From positions 6,980 through 70,979 of IMG/VR virus record IMGVR_UViG_3300047335_000079: DNA of 64,000 nt; one strand, 5' to 3'. Shown piece by piece: positions 9,008 to 19,561 of the stretch; the first letter of the stretch is position 1; the number at the start of each line of letters is the position of its first letter. The notes beneath the pieces were generated by a model that saw only the letters and a program-made list of their open reading frames with translations, was not told where the DNA came from and did no database searches. This DNA is from a virus. A program made the position numbers and the translations under genes.

Positions 9008-10534
9008 TTAGAGGGTGGCGACGAATTCTCGTAATTCGTCCAGAGTTGAAACAGCGATGTTTTCTTTTTCGCTGACCTTGAAACGGATTTGGTTGTCCAC
9101 GGGTGCCGCGAGCAGATCATAGTAGCGCACGGGGCGCGTCTGACCGATGCGGTGGATGCGCTTGAGTGCCTGTACCCGCAAATCGTAGCGGTGTGAGTGG
9201 GAGAAAAAGGTCGCCGTGTCAGCGGCAGTCATTGTGAACCCTGCACCAGCGACAGCGACATTACCCACTAACAACCGCACGCGGGGGTCGGTTTGCAGTT
9301 GGGCGACAATATCTTCAGCGGACTTTGACGTTGAGCCGTCAAGTCGGACCGCCCCGATATCCAACTTTTCGGCAAGTTCCATGATCGACTCTACGTCGTG
9401 AATAAACGTGCAGAAGATGACGTGCTTGTGATCTCCGTCTGGCTCGGTGAGCATGGGAAGGTTATCGGCGAGCCATTCGTGCTTGATGCTTGGGATGGAT
9501 ACAAGCGCGCCAGTTTCCGTCTTAACGAAGCCCGATGTAATCTGCTGAAGGCGTAGCAAAAGGGTAGTAGCCAAGGTACTGGCAACGGTAAAATCATCCT
9601 CCGTGAGTTTGAGTGGGCGAATGCCATAGGTGGACAGGATACCACGAGTCACGTCGTCTGCGGCTTCGTGGGAAAGGGTGGCCACCATATCCTTTTTGAG
9701 TGCATTGTAGAGTCGCTTTTGTTCTGCGCCCATTTCAAGTGAGATCGGAACGAACGACTGTTTTGGTAGCTCGGGAAGCACGTCTTGAGAGCGAATGACA
9801 ACGGTGTAGGGGGCCATGCGCTCGATGACTTTGGAGACTTCGCTTGGAATGAACGTGTGAATGGGTGCCCGCATACCGTAGCGTGGGTGCGGGATGACGC
9901 GACTCACGGCCCGCTCGTAAGCTCGGAAAGACCCAAAACCAAGGGGGTGCTCGGATGGGCGACTTCCTGGATAGAGAACGTCGGACTGACTCCAAAGATC
10001 AAGCACGTTTTTAGTGATCGGGGTGCCTGACATAATGGCGCGTCGGCCTTTAAGGATTCGCGTGGCCTCGGCAATTTTTCGTACCGCCCTTGTCTGCTGG
10101 CTTGTGCGATGCTTGATGTTCTGGCTCTCGTCGATGATGAGCATTTGGGGGCGCTCACGCACGATGTTTGCCCACAGCCCGCGCACAGCTTCGTAGTTAA
10201 TAATGAGCACGTCCCAATCGCCTGCTTCAATCTCGGCGATGCGCTTGGGGCGAGAACCTGGTTGGAGTGCGTGGACACGAAGCGGGGAATTCCACTTCGC
10301 AAACTCCCGCGCCATCGTGCCACGAAGCGCGTTGGGGCACACGTAAATAGCCTTGCGAAGGCCCACCGAGTACCAAAACTCGATAAGAGAAATGGCCATG
10401 ACAGACTTGCCCGTCCCCATATCAGCAAAAACAGCGCAGCCAGGTTTGTCTTTTACGTATTCGAGCGCCTTGACTTGGTAGTCGTGGAGATCGGGTCGCC
10501 AGAGGCTAGGCAGAGGTAGCGTATTTACGCTCAA
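9008..10534 (-). CDS. SNF2-family (SF2) helicase
   Basis: LHDYQ, DMGTGKS, IIDESQ, SGTP and QALKRIHRIGQ motifs. Confidence 0.93.
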   Translation of the reverse strand: MSVNTLPLPSLWRPDLHDYQVKALEYVKDKPGCAVFADMGTGKSVMAISLIEFWYSVGLRKAIYVCPNALRGTMAREFAKWNSPLRVHALQPGSRPKRIAEIEAGDWDVLIINYEAVRGLWANIVRERPQMLIIDESQNIKHRTSQQTRAVRKIAEATRILKGRRAIMSGTPITKNVLDLWSQSDVLYPGSRPSEHPLGFGSFRAYERAVSRVIPHPRYGMRAPIHTFIPSEVSKVIERMAPYTVVIRSQDVLPELPKQSFVPISLEMGAEQKRLYNALKKDMVATLSHEAADDVTRGILSTYGIRPLKLTEDDFTVASTLATTLLLRLQQITSGFVKTETGALVSIPSIKHEWLADNLPMLTEPDGDHKHVIFCTFIHDVESIMELAEKLDIGAVRLDGSTSKSAEDIVAQLQTDPRVRLLVGNVAVAGAGFTMTAADTATFFSHSHRYDLRVQALKRIHRIGQTRPVRYYDLLAAPVDNQIRFKVSEKENIAVSTLDELREFVATL

Positions 10535-10766
10535 TGTCTTGTACTTTCACTTCGTAGTCACTATACAACTTCTCGACGGCCCTGTCAAATGCCTCGTCGT
10601 TGTGCTTGGTAAGGAAGGCATAGAGGCCGTCCAAAGATACAATGGGTGCGATTCGCATATCGTCGATCATGGCTTGAGCCCTGCGGTGGCCGCAAATCCA
10701 GCGATCTTCAAGTTCTTCAAAAGTAGCGGCGGTTTGCTTTGTGAGTGCTTCGAGTTCGTCGAGCAT
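10506..10766 (-). CDS. Hypothetical protein
   Basis: 86 aa with AAAGGA RBS. Confidence 0.6.
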   Translation of the reverse strand: MLDELEALTKQTAATFEELEDRWICGHRRAQAMIDDMRIAPIVSLDGLYAFLTKHNDEAFDRAVEKLYSDYEVKVQDIERKYATSA

Positions 10767-10775
10767 CGGTGTCCT

Positions 10776-11168
10776 TTACGGTGGATAGGCGAGTGAGATA
10801 ATCTTGCGGGCTTTTTCGAGGGCTTCGAGGTACAATACCTCCCGGACAAGGGGACGATTGAGTTGGCTTGCGGATGCGTACATGGACAGAAACCACAGTG
10901 CATACTCTTCCAGCGCGGGCCCCATAACAAACCCGTTCTCGGGGTCGTAGAGGTTTTCAAGTCGGTACTTGCGGATAAGGTCACCGAGGTACTGAGCGAT
11001 GACGGTGAGTTTATCGTAGCCCCGCGCTTGGCTGTGGCTACGAATCTTGTGAGGAACTAACCACTCGATTGCATCGAGGACCTCCTCGGGAGTAAGTTTA
11101 GCAAGGTGGGCGCGCAGGCGCTCTTTGGCTCCGGGTGGGACGCCGGTGCTACGTTTCGAGTTCGACAG
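10776..11168 (-). CDS. Hypothetical protein (~130 aa) with no canonical start near its 5' end (CTG?)
   Basis: Open frame LSNSKRSTGVPPGAKERLRAHLAKLTPEEVLDAIEWL...KIISLAYPP* fills the gap between coupled genes; first in-frame ATG only about 80 codons in. Confidence 0.5.
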   Translation of the reverse strand: MSNSKRSTGVPPGAKERLRAHLAKLTPEEVLDAIEWLVPHKIRSHSQARGYDKLTVIAQYLGDLIRKYRLENLYDPENGFVMGPALEEYALWFLSMYASASQLNRPLVREVLYLEALEKARKIISLAYPP

Positions 11169-11412
11169 TTTGGGCCCACTTACGATAGGTGGCTACTTGT
11201 TCGGAGATCAGAAGATAGTCCGGGTCTTTGTTCGAGAGGATGAAGTCTTGTTCGAGCATGGCACGTAGCCACTTGCACCCCTCATATACCCCGAACGCCG
11301 TTGCCCAGGTGCCCGTGCCGTCGTCCTTCTCTTCAACGAGGAGCTTGGATAGCATCGCCTCATGACGTTCAAAGTCATAGACGGTGCCGGGGAGTGCGAG
11401 TTGGTCAGTCAC
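11149..11412 (-). CDS. Hypothetical protein
   Basis: 87 aa ORF abutting the upstream stop codon. Confidence 0.6.
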   Translation of the reverse strand: MTDQLALPGTVYDFERHEAMLSKLLVEEKDDGTGTWATAFGVYEGCKWLRAMLEQDFILSNKDPDYLLISEQVATYRKWAQTVELET

Positions 11413-12129
11413 TTACAGACGCGGAACGTTGGTGAACTCACGTTCGAGCTTAGCCAACTTGAAACGCTCGTGAGCGTCCTCGATGGCTTCGTTCGCGCAC
11501 GTCCAGAAGGCGTCACGCACCTCTTTGGGTGGGTGCATGTTGGAGAGGTGAGCATCGCGCAACTGCTTAAAGAAGTCAATCGGCGAAAGTTGGATGACGC
11601 CATCTTTTTTGGTTACGTTAACGCTGAGTTGATTGGAGTGAATGGCGTGAATCATGACGTGGATGAGTTCGTCTGCTTCGCCCAGCACATCGAGAGTGGC
11701 CTGGTCAATCGGAGCGGCTTCAGTCGCCGCTTCAAGTTTAGCCGCGATACGGTCGTGGGTGAACTGCACGATGCGAACAGCGTCTGCAAACGTGGACGCA
11801 AGGGCGACCGCATACGGGACAGCGGCTTGAGAGTCCTTGCCTACTGCGACGGGTTGGGGCGGCGCATTCTGTGCTTCAACCGCCTCCTCTTGACAGGCAC
11901 CACAGTCGCACTCGTCAAGTTCACCCTCGACTTCGGTGAGAGCACCAAAAACCTCACCGAGCTTTGCGCGGACTTTGCGCTCCTCTTTTGCGAGCATGTA
12001 TCGTCCCAAGGCCAGCACGGCCAAAAACGTAGTGGGAACCGCCAGGACAACACCCAGACCAAAGGCAAAAGCAGGCTTCATTGTGAAATCTCCATATCGT
12101 GGTCCCCTGTAGAATTGGCCATCGGGCAA
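11413..12129 (-). CDS. Membrane-anchored hypothetical protein
   Basis: N-terminal TM (AFAFGLGVVLAVPTTFLAVLAL), CDCGAC, helical C-terminus. Confidence 0.65.
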   Translation of the reverse strand: MPDGQFYRGPRYGDFTMKPAFAFGLGVVLAVPTTFLAVLALGRYMLAKEERKVRAKLGEVFGALTEVEGELDECDCGACQEEAVEAQNAPPQPVAVGKDSQAAVPYAVALASTFADAVRIVQFTHDRIAAKLEAATEAAPIDQATLDVLGEADELIHVMIHAIHSNQLSVNVTKKDGVIQLSPIDFFKQLRDAHLSNMHPPKEVRDAFWTCANEAIEDAHERFKLAKLEREFTNVPRL

Positions 12130-12243
12130 TTGTTTCCTTTGCGGGAGGTGGGTCCGCCTTCACGGGGAAGTCAGTACGTGTTATACTTGGCGCTCTGAAT
12201 AGGGCGCTTCCCCATTCTACCATAAAACTAAGGGCTAGACAAC

Positions 12244-14835
12244 TTGCTTATTGAGGAACTTGAGGGGGTCGAGCTTACCGACGCCCACATTGCCCGTCTA
12301 ACGAAGGCGAGTGGCATTGCGCCAGAAGTCATCCGGGCCCGTGGCTACCGTTCCGCCGCCGTGGCGGATGCTGAATACTACAAAGAGAACCATTGGGACA
12401 ACCTCGCCAAAGCGCTGCCGGGATTAGAAATCCCGCTGTGGGGCGTGAACGGCAAATCGTCCAAGATTCAACTCCGTCCCGACGCCCCGCCGTCCGTCAA
12501 GGGCCCTGATGGCAAAATCCGCACGCAGAAGTACCTCTATCCAGCGGGCGAGGTTATGTCCATTGACGTTAACCCGCTTATCGCCGAGAGGGTGCGCGGG
12601 ATAGAGCCCCTGTGGATTACCGAGGGCATTCTCAAGGCGGACTCAGCCATCAGCCACGGCCTGGTCTGCATTGCCCTGCTGGGTGTGTGGAATTGGCGCG
12701 GTCTCAATGAGTCAGGCGGCTCGACGGCGCTTGGGGATTGGGATGAGATTGCGCTCTCGGGGCGCGATGTGTACATCGTCTTTGATTCGGACCTCAAAAC
12801 CAATCGTGGTGTTCAGACCGCGCTCGGTCGGCTCGCGAGTTTCCTCACGCATCGTGGTGCGCGCGTGTCGGCGACTCTTTTGCCCGAAGCATCTGATGGT
12901 ACGAAAGTTGGCCTTGATGATTGGTTCGTCGCCGGTCACACTGTCCCGGACCTTATGGCCTGTGCACGCAAGGACTTCTTTGAAGATGAAGAGGACCTTG
13001 GCATTTTCACCGAACAAGCGCCGGTCATCTACGGTGCGGACTCGGTGCTGTGGCGTCAGATCACGAAAAATAACGAGCCCGTTGGCGAGCGCCAAAACCT
13101 TGGCACCTTTTATGCTCAAGTGGACCAGCAGATAACGCTTGATGACGGTGTGGCTCCGCCGAGTGTGAGTTTTAGAGTCTCGGGTCGCACGCTCGCGGGT
13201 GCTCCACTGCAAAGCACGGAGATTGGCTCGCTCACGGAAGTGGTTTCAACTCTCATCGACGGTAAAAACCCCGTGTGGTCTCGACCCGGCGTTGCGATCA
13301 ACAACAGCATTCGCTCAGTTGAAAAAGAAGTCGCCAACTGCCTGCGCGTCCAGATGGAACAGCGCGGCGTTGAAGAGATCAACAAATTCACCCACTCGGG
13401 CTGGCGCGAGATTGACGGTGTGCCCGTGTACCTCACGACCGCAGGAGCAATTACGCCCGAAGGCATCGACCCCGCGATCATCGTTGACTTAGAAGAAGCG
13501 CAACTTGAAATCAACGTCCGCGAAATCGGCGAGGCGTCAGACGTGCGTCATTCGCTGGATATCATCAAAGCTGGTGACGGGCGCGTGTTGGGGACGCTGT
13601 TGGCGGGAGTGTACGCGGCACCTTTACGCGAGGTGCTGGACGTTGGGTTCTCGCTTCATCTGTACGGACATACGGGCACGTTCAAAACTGAAATCTCGCG
13701 CATTATGGCATCGCACTTTGGGCGCGTCGTTGCCCAGCGCGTCGGTCATGGCCTGGGGAGTTGGACGAGCACGCAGAACGCGATCACCAAGATGGCTTCA
13801 GCGGCCAAAGACGCGCTCTACGTCATCGACGACCTTGTGCCGGACTCCATGAATTCATACGAACTGCGCGCCAAGACCGATACGGTGTTTCGCGCGGCGG
13901 GTAACGCTTCGGGCCGAGCGCGTATGAACCGCGACTCGACCATGCGGATGACCTATGTGCCTCGGTGCTTGATTCTTTCCACGGGTGAGGACTTGCCTCC
14001 GGGTGAGTCGGTCATCGCGCGCCTGGTCGCCGTTGAAGTCGATGAGGGTTGGCTTTCGTCAGCGGAGCTTTTGCAGATGCAACAACACGCCGAGCGAGGT
14101 GTGTACGAGCGCGCGATGGGTGCGTACTTGAAGTGGCTGGCGCAGAACTACACGAACTTGAAAAGCCTTGTCGCCGAAATGATATCAGTTGAAACCAAGC
14201 TCGGCGCGATTGGCGCGGGTGGTCATGCGCGGCTTGTCTATAACAACCGTGCGCTGCTCATTGGGGCGGGGATGTTCTTGCTCTTTGCACAAAGCACGGG
14301 GGTCATTACGACAGAGGAAGCACGCGAGTACATGGACCTTTTTCGCACGGCGTTAGCCAAGAACTCACTTTCAAGTGAGGAGTCCGTGGAGTCAGCATCG
14401 ACGGTTAACCGCGTGTCCGATGTGATCTCGTCCACCATTGCGCGTCAAGAGGCGCACTTTGCGTCCATTAAAAGTGACGGGTTTGAGCCGGGGCTGGAAG
14501 CCCTGGGCTGGTCGCTGGTGGGTGATGACTATCGACCGCACGGGCCGCGCCTTGGCTTCTTTGATAAAGCCAAGGACGTGGTGCTCATTCAAGTCGGGGT
14601 GCTGGTGACTGAGCTTGCCAAGAACCGCGTGACGATGACGAAAAAGCAACTCCTCAAAGAGTTGGTGTCGGCTGGGTTCGTTGACACAAAGTACGTGGAG
14701 GGTGCCAAAGAGTCCAACACTCACAACGTCTACATCAACAAGACCCAGCAGCGGGTCACGGCGATTAAACTTTCCAAGCTCATGCCGTACCTGGCGTTCG
14801 CCGCTGATACGAGCGCGGCTGGACCTGAGTTCTAA
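12244..14835 (+). CDS. Toprim primase (DUF3854-like) fused to P-loop helicase (DUF927-like)
   Basis: ITEGILKADS, VYIVFDSD, KVGLDDW; Walker A GHTGTFKT and Walker B YVIDD; only large plus-strand gene in the left arm. Confidence 0.88.
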   Translation: MLIEELEGVELTDAHIARLTKASGIAPEVIRARGYRSAAVADAEYYKENHWDNLAKALPGLEIPLWGVNGKSSKIQLRPDAPPSVKGPDGKIRTQKYLYPAGEVMSIDVNPLIAERVRGIEPLWITEGILKADSAISHGLVCIALLGVWNWRGLNESGGSTALGDWDEIALSGRDVYIVFDSDLKTNRGVQTALGRLASFLTHRGARVSATLLPEASDGTKVGLDDWFVAGHTVPDLMACARKDFFEDEEDLGIFTEQAPVIYGADSVLWRQITKNNEPVGERQNLGTFYAQVDQQITLDDGVAPPSVSFRVSGRTLAGAPLQSTEIGSLTEVVSTLIDGKNPVWSRPGVAINNSIRSVEKEVANCLRVQMEQRGVEEINKFTHSGWREIDGVPVYLTTAGAITPEGIDPAIIVDLEEAQLEINVREIGEASDVRHSLDIIKAGDGRVLGTLLAGVYAAPLREVLDVGFSLHLYGHTGTFKTEISRIMASHFGRVVAQRVGHGLGSWTSTQNAITKMASAAKDALYVIDDLVPDSMNSYELRAKTDTVFRAAGNASGRARMNRDSTMRMTYVPRCLILSTGEDLPPGESVIARLVAVEVDEGWLSSAELLQMQQHAERGVYERAMGAYLKWLAQNYTNLKSLVAEMISVETKLGAIGAGGHARLVYNNRALLIGAGMFLLFAQSTGVITTEEAREYMDLFRTALAKNSLSSEESVESASTVNRVSDVISSTIARQEAHFASIKSDGFEPGLEALGWSLVGDDYRPHGPRLGFFDKAKDVVLIQVGVLVTELAKNRVTMTKKQLLKELVSAGFVDTKYVEGAKESNTHNVYINKTQQRVTAIKLSKLMPYLAFAADTSAAGPEF

Positions 14836-15014
14836 AGCCCAAACAGGCCGTGGGTGTAGGACTCGTAGAGCCCGACCGCCGCGACGATCACGATGAGGAT
14901 GAGTTCAATCACCCCTGGTGTGGTGCGGGGGTTGGCTGAGAAGGCGCGGAACAGCGCCTGGATAAGCCAGATGACAAGGACAGCGGCAAAGAGGATGGCG
15001 ACAGCGGTGTTCAT
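14832..15014 (-). CDS. Small two-TM membrane protein
   Basis: MNTAVAILFAAVLVIWLIQ...GVIELILIVIVAAVGLY. Confidence 0.6.
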   Translation of the reverse strand: MNTAVAILFAAVLVIWLIQALFRAFSANPRTTPGVIELILIVIVAAVGLYESYTHGLFGL

Positions 15015-15057
15015 TGTCACCTTGTACCCCCAAAAAAGCAAAAGCCCCAAAAAGGGG

Positions 15058-15261
15058 CTAAGCTTGTAGTTCGCCTGGCGAGTAAATCTTCTCGAACATG
15101 TACGTCGCTGTGCCTTCGGACTCGTTGTATCGCTCTAGTGTGTACTGAGCGATCTGTCGGCGGTCGCCGCCGCGTACGGGGGCTGACCACTCTTGTGGAA
15201 GGCGTCCCGACCAAAAAGTTTGGCCATCGTGTGGGCCCCCCACAAGCTCAATTTGGGCCAT
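15058..15261 (-). CDS. Small phage protein
   Basis: ELVGGPHDGQ motif; followed by a GC hairpin plus T-run at ~15030-15060. Confidence 0.65.
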   Translation of the reverse strand: MAQIELVGGPHDGQTFWSGRLPQEWSAPVRGGDRRQIAQYTLERYNESEGTATYMFEKIYSPGELQA

Positions 15262-16060
15262 TAAACCGCTACACTGTCCTCATAGAGGGTCGGGGGCTCG
15301 GAGTCCATGACCTCTAAGAGTTGTTCCGTGAAGCGGGGATAGCCAAGTGTGTTGACGTAGTGCAAAAGTCCATCCTTGGTGAGCGACCATTCGGTGTGCT
15401 TGCGGAAAAGTTCACCGATGTTGGCGAGCATATCATGACAACCCCGGTCGGGTGCCAGACGTTGCGCCTGTGCTAGGGCCTCACGGCCCTCTGGGAAGGT
15501 TTGATTTGCCTCTATGAGGTTGGTGTCCCGGAGGACCTCCACAACCTCACAGGGCCCGTGCAAGCGCTCGATTTCAGCGGGCGCAAACACGAAAGCGAGA
15601 AAATCAAGTCCCAGAAATAGCGATTGGCGTTCTTGGCGTGACAACTGCGGCGGGGTAGAACTCCCGCTCGTGGGGTTCATCCTTTGGTGTCGGGGCACAG
15701 TAGTAGTATTCCCCACTCCAACGTTCGTCCTCCACCGAGGAAGCAGAAACGCTCGGCGGGCAAAATTGTGCATCGGGAATGTCAGCATCTTTCTTGGTGA
15801 GGGTTTCGACCATACCGTCAAAGCGGTCTACGTCTTGGAGAAGGAAGTCAACGTCAACGAGAATGCCTTGAAGGAGACTACGAACTTTGTCTGGGTAGGC
15901 ATCACAGCGACCTTCGAGGTCCTCTAATGAATCTCTCACAAAGTTGAGATCGGCCCAGAAGCTGTCCGCATCTTCTTTTTCAGCGGCGTCGATGAATTCT
16001 GTGGTTGCGGTGGTCATAAGTGATATCATACTACTTTCTTGATGGTTTGTCAAGTGATTC

Positions 16061-17809
16061 TTAGAACGGCCCCGTTTCTGGCTGTTGGTCGTCTTTGGCC
16101 GCGATGAGCGCCGCCGCCAGCGCTGATGCCGAGAGCCCACTTAACTCAACCGACGAGAGGATGGTGTAGGGGACAAAGGCAGTCTCATTGGGAGCCACCA
16201 CCCATTGACCGGCGTACCCAACGTAGATAGAGTACCCAGAGCGCGCACCAGTGCCGTTGGCCGCAACATAGGCATTAGCGGCGGACGTGCATCCAGCGTT
16301 AAGGATTTCGACGCGAGTGGCGTTGACGAACGGTGGGAGAGCGACCACTTGGGCTGAGTCACTAGGGGTGACGGCGGTGTCGGTGGATGTTTCATTCCAA
16401 GTAATACTCGCTCCGGTTGCGGCACGGTAGTCAGTCGCAAACTCACCAGCCGAAAGCGCACGCTGGTAGCCTGCGACTTTAGAGATATTGCCGGTGAAGT
16501 AGTTGTTGGGGGAGTCGGTTTGGTCAACGGCGATGCTGGTTTGTGAGGCATTGCCGCCGTTGTTAAAGTTGCCAGCCCCGCCGCCTGCGGGTGCACCAAG
16601 CTGCTGGCCGTTAATGTACACACGCACCGTTCCGCCGTTTTCAGCGGCGGTGTAGGAGATACCGATGTGAGTTGGATTGTACCACAACGACTCCGCTGGT
16701 GCACCAAAGACGACCCCGAAGTTATCAGCTAGAATACTGATATTTGTGCCGTCGTAAATCAGAAAGGCCACGTCGCCAGGGTTGATGGGGTTGATGTACT
16801 GGTTGAGGATGATCGGAATAGGCCCGCCCGACCCATAGTTGAATTCAACCATGAAGTGAGTTGACCAATCTTGAGTGAGATCGGGGATAATTTGGCTCGA
16901 CGTAATGTAGGAGGCATTGCCATCAAAATAGGCAGACGTTTCGCCATCGGAGGTGAGCGAAGTTGAACCAAGTGTCGGCGGGTCGTTGCTCGACGGTGCG
17001 ACTGACACAATGCGTGTGCCGTCTTTAGCGTCAACGGGCGTACCCGAGGCTTCATTAAAGGGGATGAAACTCGTGCAGTTTGCGCGGTTAAGCACCTGCT
17101 CGTCATAGGCCGAGAGGGTCGGTCCTGTTGCTTGACTCGCGGCGTAGTCAGCGGCAAACTCTGGCCCTGAGAGAATACGCTGGTAGCCTGCAACTTTGGA
17201 AATGTTGCCCGTCATGTAGTCGGGCGTATCGGCACTTGAAACACCGATAGACGACGAGCCAGTGTTGTAGAGGTTGCCAAGGTAATTGGGGTAACTACCG
17301 AGCAAAACCCCATTCACATAGGCCGTAATCGTACCGTTGTTCGTTGCAGGGTCGTAGGTGATGCCAATGTGGGTTGGGTTGTAGTAGAGATTTGAGGTGC
17401 CACCAAGCACTTGGTCCCAGGTGTTTGCATAAAAACGAAGCCCACTGCCGTTGTAGTACAAAAAGGCGAGGCGGGCGGGGTCGGTGGGGTTAGGGAACTC
17501 GTTGAGCATGAGCGGGATGGGGTTAGAGGAGCCGTAGTTGAACTCCACCATGAAAATCAACGACCATGCCGCTGTGAGGTCGGGGATGATTTGCGTTGAA
17601 GTTTTGAAAACGTCCGTGCCTGAAAAGTACGCGCTGGTCTCACCGTCGGCGGTGAGCGAGGTCGAGCCCATCGTGGGCGTGCCCTCGGAAATAGAGATTG
17701 TCCGCGTGCCATCAAACTGGTCCACGGGGAGTACCCCAGCGGGTTCCAGAAGCGGGATGTAGCTCGTCAGCCCAGAGCGGGCAAGGACTTGAGCGTCATA
17801 GGCGGACAT
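16061..17809 (-). CDS. Protein with two tandem LamG/ConA-like lectin domains
   Basis: Two ~230 aa repeats (SAYD-x-QVL...PT-x-GSTSLT-x-DGETSAYF...THIGI-x-Y...Y-x-NG...TGNISKVAGYQR-x-LS). Confidence 0.8.
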   Translation of the reverse strand: MSAYDAQVLARSGLTSYIPLLEPAGVLPVDQFDGTRTISISEGTPTMGSTSLTADGETSAYFSGTDVFKTSTQIIPDLTAAWSLIFMVEFNYGSSNPIPLMLNEFPNPTDPARLAFLYYNGSGLRFYANTWDQVLGGTSNLYYNPTHIGITYDPATNNGTITAYVNGVLLGSYPNYLGNLYNTGSSSIGVSSADTPDYMTGNISKVAGYQRILSGPEFAADYAASQATGPTLSAYDEQVLNRANCTSFIPFNEASGTPVDAKDGTRIVSVAPSSNDPPTLGSTSLTSDGETSAYFDGNASYITSSQIIPDLTQDWSTHFMVEFNYGSGGPIPIILNQYINPINPGDVAFLIYDGTNISILADNFGVVFGAPAESLWYNPTHIGISYTAAENGGTVRVYINGQQLGAPAGGGAGNFNNGGNASQTSIAVDQTDSPNNYFTGNISKVAGYQRALSAGEFATDYRAATGASITWNETSTDTAVTPSDSAQVVALPPFVNATRVEILNAGCTSAANAYVAANGTGARSGYSIYVGYAGQWVVAPNETAFVPYTILSSVELSGLSASALAAALIAAKDDQQPETGPF

Positions 17810-17854
17810 AGAGTTTGGACTTCGAGGCCCAACCCCCCAAACCTAGAGGGTACA

Positions 17855-17893
17855 AAAAGAGAGCGCCCTCGAACAGAATCACGCTCTCATCTT
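17855..17893 (-). terminator. Probable intrinsic terminator after amidoligase 1
   Basis: Minus strand GAGAGCG...CGCTCTC followed by a T-run. Confidence 0.55.
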
Positions 17894-17922
17894 GCATCCG
17901 ACCACCATAGCACGGAATAGCC

Positions 17923-19542
17923 CTATTCTACCACAGCCTCGTACTCTGCGTGAGTGGGCCCGCCGTGGTCGGGGTTGTTCGGGTTGAGGAAACTCCCTGC
18001 AAGCCCACTGGGGAATGGGGTGGTGTCGTATGTTGATCTCGCGATGATCTCCTCGGAGGTTTCTAGCGGGCTTGGGTCGGGCTCTCGGTTGGTCAGGAGA
18101 CGATCGAGGACTTCGGACGCGAGGACTTCGGACGCGAATGAGTGGGCGTTTTCCCAATCCCTCAAGTATGCCAGGTATGTAATAAACCGCACCGGCGCGG
18201 ACCCACGAAATTGGGTAAATCGGCGGGTTGCGAGTCGTCGTGCAAGTGCAGGCCAGGTTGAGCAAGAGTTGACAAAGTTGACAAAGTTGTCAAACGAAAT
18301 TGCCATTTCGGTCGCCGAGAATTCGATGAGTGCGTCGATGAACTCCACATTGGTCCGCAGAGTTGAAGGTTCGGTCGAAGAGGCAAAAATACGGAATTCA
18401 ACGGTGGGATGGCGGCGCGAAAAGTGCACGGCCTGATGATGGTCGTTGCTTCTCACGTTGTCTCCGTTGGAGAACAGCCACGCCCACTCGGCAAGCAGAA
18501 TTGGTGATGCGAGCCGCTGGCAGTAATGGTTGGCTTGACGACGAGCCAACGTGTCGATAAACTCGCGCATAGCGGGGTCGTAGATGAACGCGAGCATCCG
18601 AAGCACCTCGGTCGCAGAGGGGCGCGCGGATTGACCTTGCGCATTGCGCATGAGCCCTGCGTGAACGTGCATGCCACATGCGCGCGTCGAACGAGCGTGG
18701 GAGAGGCGAGCGAGGCCATCGGAGAAAAAGCCCTGCAACTCACTCAAGAGTAAGGGTGCCGTGACGATCTCCGAGCCGTCGTTAGGGATAGAGCCATCGT
18801 ACTTACAGATAAAGATAGGGTGCTCTTGGAAAACTTCAAACAACTCCGAGCGGAACTGATTTCTCGTTGAAGTGCGCCGGGGAGCGAGTTCAAGTTCGAC
18901 CCCATAACGAAGCCCCGCTGCGGGCGGGTTGATGCGCGAGTAATTGGTCAGCGTGAAGTCAGACACGTTGGTGGAGTAGTCCAGGTTCTCCTCCATGCCG
19001 TAGCGCTGGTAGAACGGGCTGGCCCGCGAAACGAGGACGTGGTAGCGCGTGCTCGTCGGAAACGGCTGGGGCTCACGGTGGGGTGGTTCGCTCGGCGCGC
19101 CTGCGACGGGGGAGTCGTCGAGGCGGCGCGCAAGGCGAGTTCGAGGGGCCGAGAGGTCTTGAGGATAGAAGTTGTACTCTTCACGAAGGAATTCACTCGC
19201 GTTGATATCACGATCAGCGAGGAACGAGTAAAACGACGGCATGAGAAACGCCGCTCCGTCGCCACATTCAACGAGATAGTCAACAAGCGATTCGAGAATC
19301 TGCTGGCGCACCGCCGCCGAGCGCGTCAGCCGCCGAAAAACACGATTGACGTGAAGAACCAGCCGCACGGCGGGAAGCAGTGGGGTGTGATTCGTCGTCG
19401 TGTTTTCCGCAAGCACGCCGGAAAGCCACGACGTAAAGATTGCCGAACGCATGGCGCGCGGAAAGTGGCGGGGCTCATTCCAGAGCGCCGTGGTGAGGAG
19501 TTCTTCGTTGAGTTCAGGTGGGACTTCAGGTCTTACGGGCAT
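17923..19542 (-). CDS. Putative amidoligase (COOH-NH2 ligase) 1
   Basis: YGVELEL, CKYDGSI, SEIVTAP, CGMHVH and TVEFRIF motifs. Confidence 0.82.
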   Translation of the reverse strand: MPVRPEVPPELNEELLTTALWNEPRHFPRAMRSAIFTSWLSGVLAENTTTNHTPLLPAVRLVLHVNRVFRRLTRSAAVRQQILESLVDYLVECGDGAAFLMPSFYSFLADRDINASEFLREEYNFYPQDLSAPRTRLARRLDDSPVAGAPSEPPHREPQPFPTSTRYHVLVSRASPFYQRYGMEENLDYSTNVSDFTLTNYSRINPPAAGLRYGVELELAPRRTSTRNQFRSELFEVFQEHPIFICKYDGSIPNDGSEIVTAPLLLSELQGFFSDGLARLSHARSTRACGMHVHAGLMRNAQGQSARPSATEVLRMLAFIYDPAMREFIDTLARRQANHYCQRLASPILLAEWAWLFSNGDNVRSNDHHQAVHFSRRHPTVEFRIFASSTEPSTLRTNVEFIDALIEFSATEMAISFDNFVNFVNSCSTWPALARRLATRRFTQFRGSAPVRFITYLAYLRDWENAHSFASEVLASEVLDRLLTNREPDPSPLETSEEIIARSTYDTTPFPSGLAGSFLNPNNPDHGGPTHAEYEAVVE

Positions 19543-19561
19543 CTAGCATTTACTCCTTGAG

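Noticed and set aside
11362-12198. Long antisense ORFs (also 47462-48616, 53424-54740, 29074-29895)
   Set aside because: Shadows of well-supported genes on the opposite strand in GC-rich DNA; no motifs or RBS
16061-17809. Diversity-generating retroelement target/template pair in the LamG repeats
   Set aside because: No reverse transcriptase in the window, and differences between repeats are not adenine-specific
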